Source: Gammaproteobacteria bacterium HGW-Gammaproteobacteria-11 (lineage in GTDB: Bacteria > Pseudomonadota > Gammaproteobacteria > Pseudomonadales > Pseudomonadaceae). From it: DNA of 64,000 nt. How positions within the stretch are numbered: the first letter of the stretch is position 1; each line of letters starts with the position of its first letter. Under the pieces are notes generated by a model, which ran no database searches, was not told where the DNA came from, and saw nothing but the letters and a program-made list of their open reading frames with translations. A program made the translations under genes and the position numbers. Shown piece by piece: positions 62,887 through 64,000 of the stretch. Location of the stretch: assembly GCA_002840055.1 (NCBI GenBank), contig PGZJ01000004.1, forward strand, positions 111,236 through 175,235. The letters are read 5' to 3'.

Positions 62887-64000
62887 TCAGAAGGTCTGGC
62901 CCAGATTCAAAAACAGCGCACGTTCACCTTCGGTATTGGCCCCCAGACCAAAGAACAGCGGGCCCAACAGCGTGTCCATGCCCAGCAGCACACTGCCGGC
63001 GCTTATGCCACCGCTGTCGAAGCCGTCATCTTCCTTGTTGTAGACACTGCCGTACTCAAGGCTCCCGCCCAGGTAAAAGGGAATATTGACCGGCACGAAA
63101 CCGCCCGGATTGAGACGTCGATAGTAGATGAGGCGAGCCAGGTCATAATTTTGCCCGGCCAGTCCGTTTTGTCTGAAACCGGAAAAGCGTCCCGGTCCGC
63201 CCAGCAGGAAACTGCTTTGTGCGACCCCTACACCGCCTTCGGTGCGGCCGAGAAAGGCGCCGACCTGCAAGCTGTGCGGGCCACTGGAAAAGGCCTTGTT
63301 GGCCCGCATTTCCAGTTGTTCATAGCGCGCATCGGCACCCAGATCAGGCTCTGACTGGCGCCAGGTGATGCGGGCCTCATCGCCACTGCGGGGGAAGTTC
63401 ACATCATCCAGCGTGTCGCGGTCGAACTGCAGGGTGTAAAAGGCTTCTTCAAAGCTGAAGGAAGGCAGATCGGGGTCGCCAACTCTGACATCGGACTCAC
63501 CTTCATAGCGGGAAAGACCGAAGCGTACTTCGCCGTTATTGGAAATTTGCCGGCCCAGATTGAAGCCCAGGCCATAGCGGGTTTGCCGGTAGTCGACCAC
63601 CGGCTGGTTGTCCTGAATGACCTCGATATTGCGCGACTCCATATCGACAAAGGGCGCGACAAAGTAGCGCGAACCGTAATCCAGCGGTTGATAGAACTCA
63701 CTGTAAAATACCTGGTTGGCACCCAGTTGCACGCGGGTCAGCCATTCGGCGCCGAGCTGGTTGACGCCGTTGACGCGGAAGCTGGCGCCGATATTGAACT
63801 GACTGCCACCCTGGAAGTCGTCCACCAGGTTGATACCGAGACGCAGGTAGTCCGTGCCGGTTTCCCGCCCGCTGGTGCGGATAAGCAAGGTGTTGATCTC
63901 TTCGTCATGGACGATTTCATAGTTCACTCGGCTGAAATAGTCGGTGCCATAAATGGTACCCATATCGGTTTCCAGTCGATCGAGATTCAGTGGCTCACCC
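62887..64000 (-). CDS. C-terminal POTRA/beta-barrel part of a patatin-like (PlpD-type) protein, truncated by the window edge
   Basis: IYGTDYF..V.Y, N.LGAEW, LGG...FSG, terminal LNLGQTF; the patatin domain itself is outside the window (inferred). Confidence 0.78.
   Translation of the reverse strand, partial: GEPLNLDRLETDMGTIYGTDYFSRVNYEIVHDEEINTLLIRTSGRETGTDYLRLGINLVDDFQGGSQFNIGASFRVNGVNQLGAEWLTRVQLGANQVFYSEFYQPLDYGSRYFVAPFVDMESRNIEVIQDNQPVVDYRQTRYGLGFNLGRQISNNGEVRFGLSRYEGESDVRVGDPDLPSFSFEEAFYTLQFDRDTLDDVNFPRSGDEARITWRQSEPDLGADARYEQLEMRANKAFSSGPHSLQVGAFLGRTEGGVGVAQSSFLLGGPGRFSGFRQNGLAGQNYDLARLIYYRRLNPGGFVPVNIPFYLGGSLEYGSVYNKEDDGFDSGGISAGSVLLGMDTLLGPLFFGLGANTEGERALFLNLGQTF

Overview
Pseudomonadaceae-type chromosome; gene content and order resemble Halopseudomonas/Pseudomonas (inference, no search run). 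Bases 1-7249 are the right end of a prophage: six tail/fibre genes, an M15-type endolysin with overlapping Rz/Rz1 spanins, and a P4-like tyrosine integrase with tandem arm-type repeats. It ends in the displaced 3' half of a tRNA-Arg(CCT), the att site. The rest is host DNA: a flagellar cluster (ycgR, flgN, flgM, flgA, cheV, cheR, flgB-L) with readable sigma54 and sigma28 promoters that stops abruptly at cueR-copA; cvrA, tpm, a chemoreceptor, SRP RNA, dnaX-ybaB-recR, a 7TM-DISM hybrid kinase, mnmC, a thiolase/FadB pair, phhB, acs, fumC, bolA, trhO, recQ and the 3' part of a patatin/PlpD-like gene. I found no CRISPR array, reverse transcriptase, transposase or defence cassette. The best unannotated signals are: (1) a complete -1 frameshift cassette in dnaX (G_GGA_AAG, 5 nt, 11-bp hairpin, early -1 stop) predicting a 387-aa gamma-like subunit; (2) a perfect DnaA box 10 nt before the dnaX start; (3) a 29-aa membrane micropeptide upstream of mnmC; (4) a modular phage fibre kit with paralogous domains and a shared N-terminal motif; (5) alternative hairpins hiding the flgN start codon.
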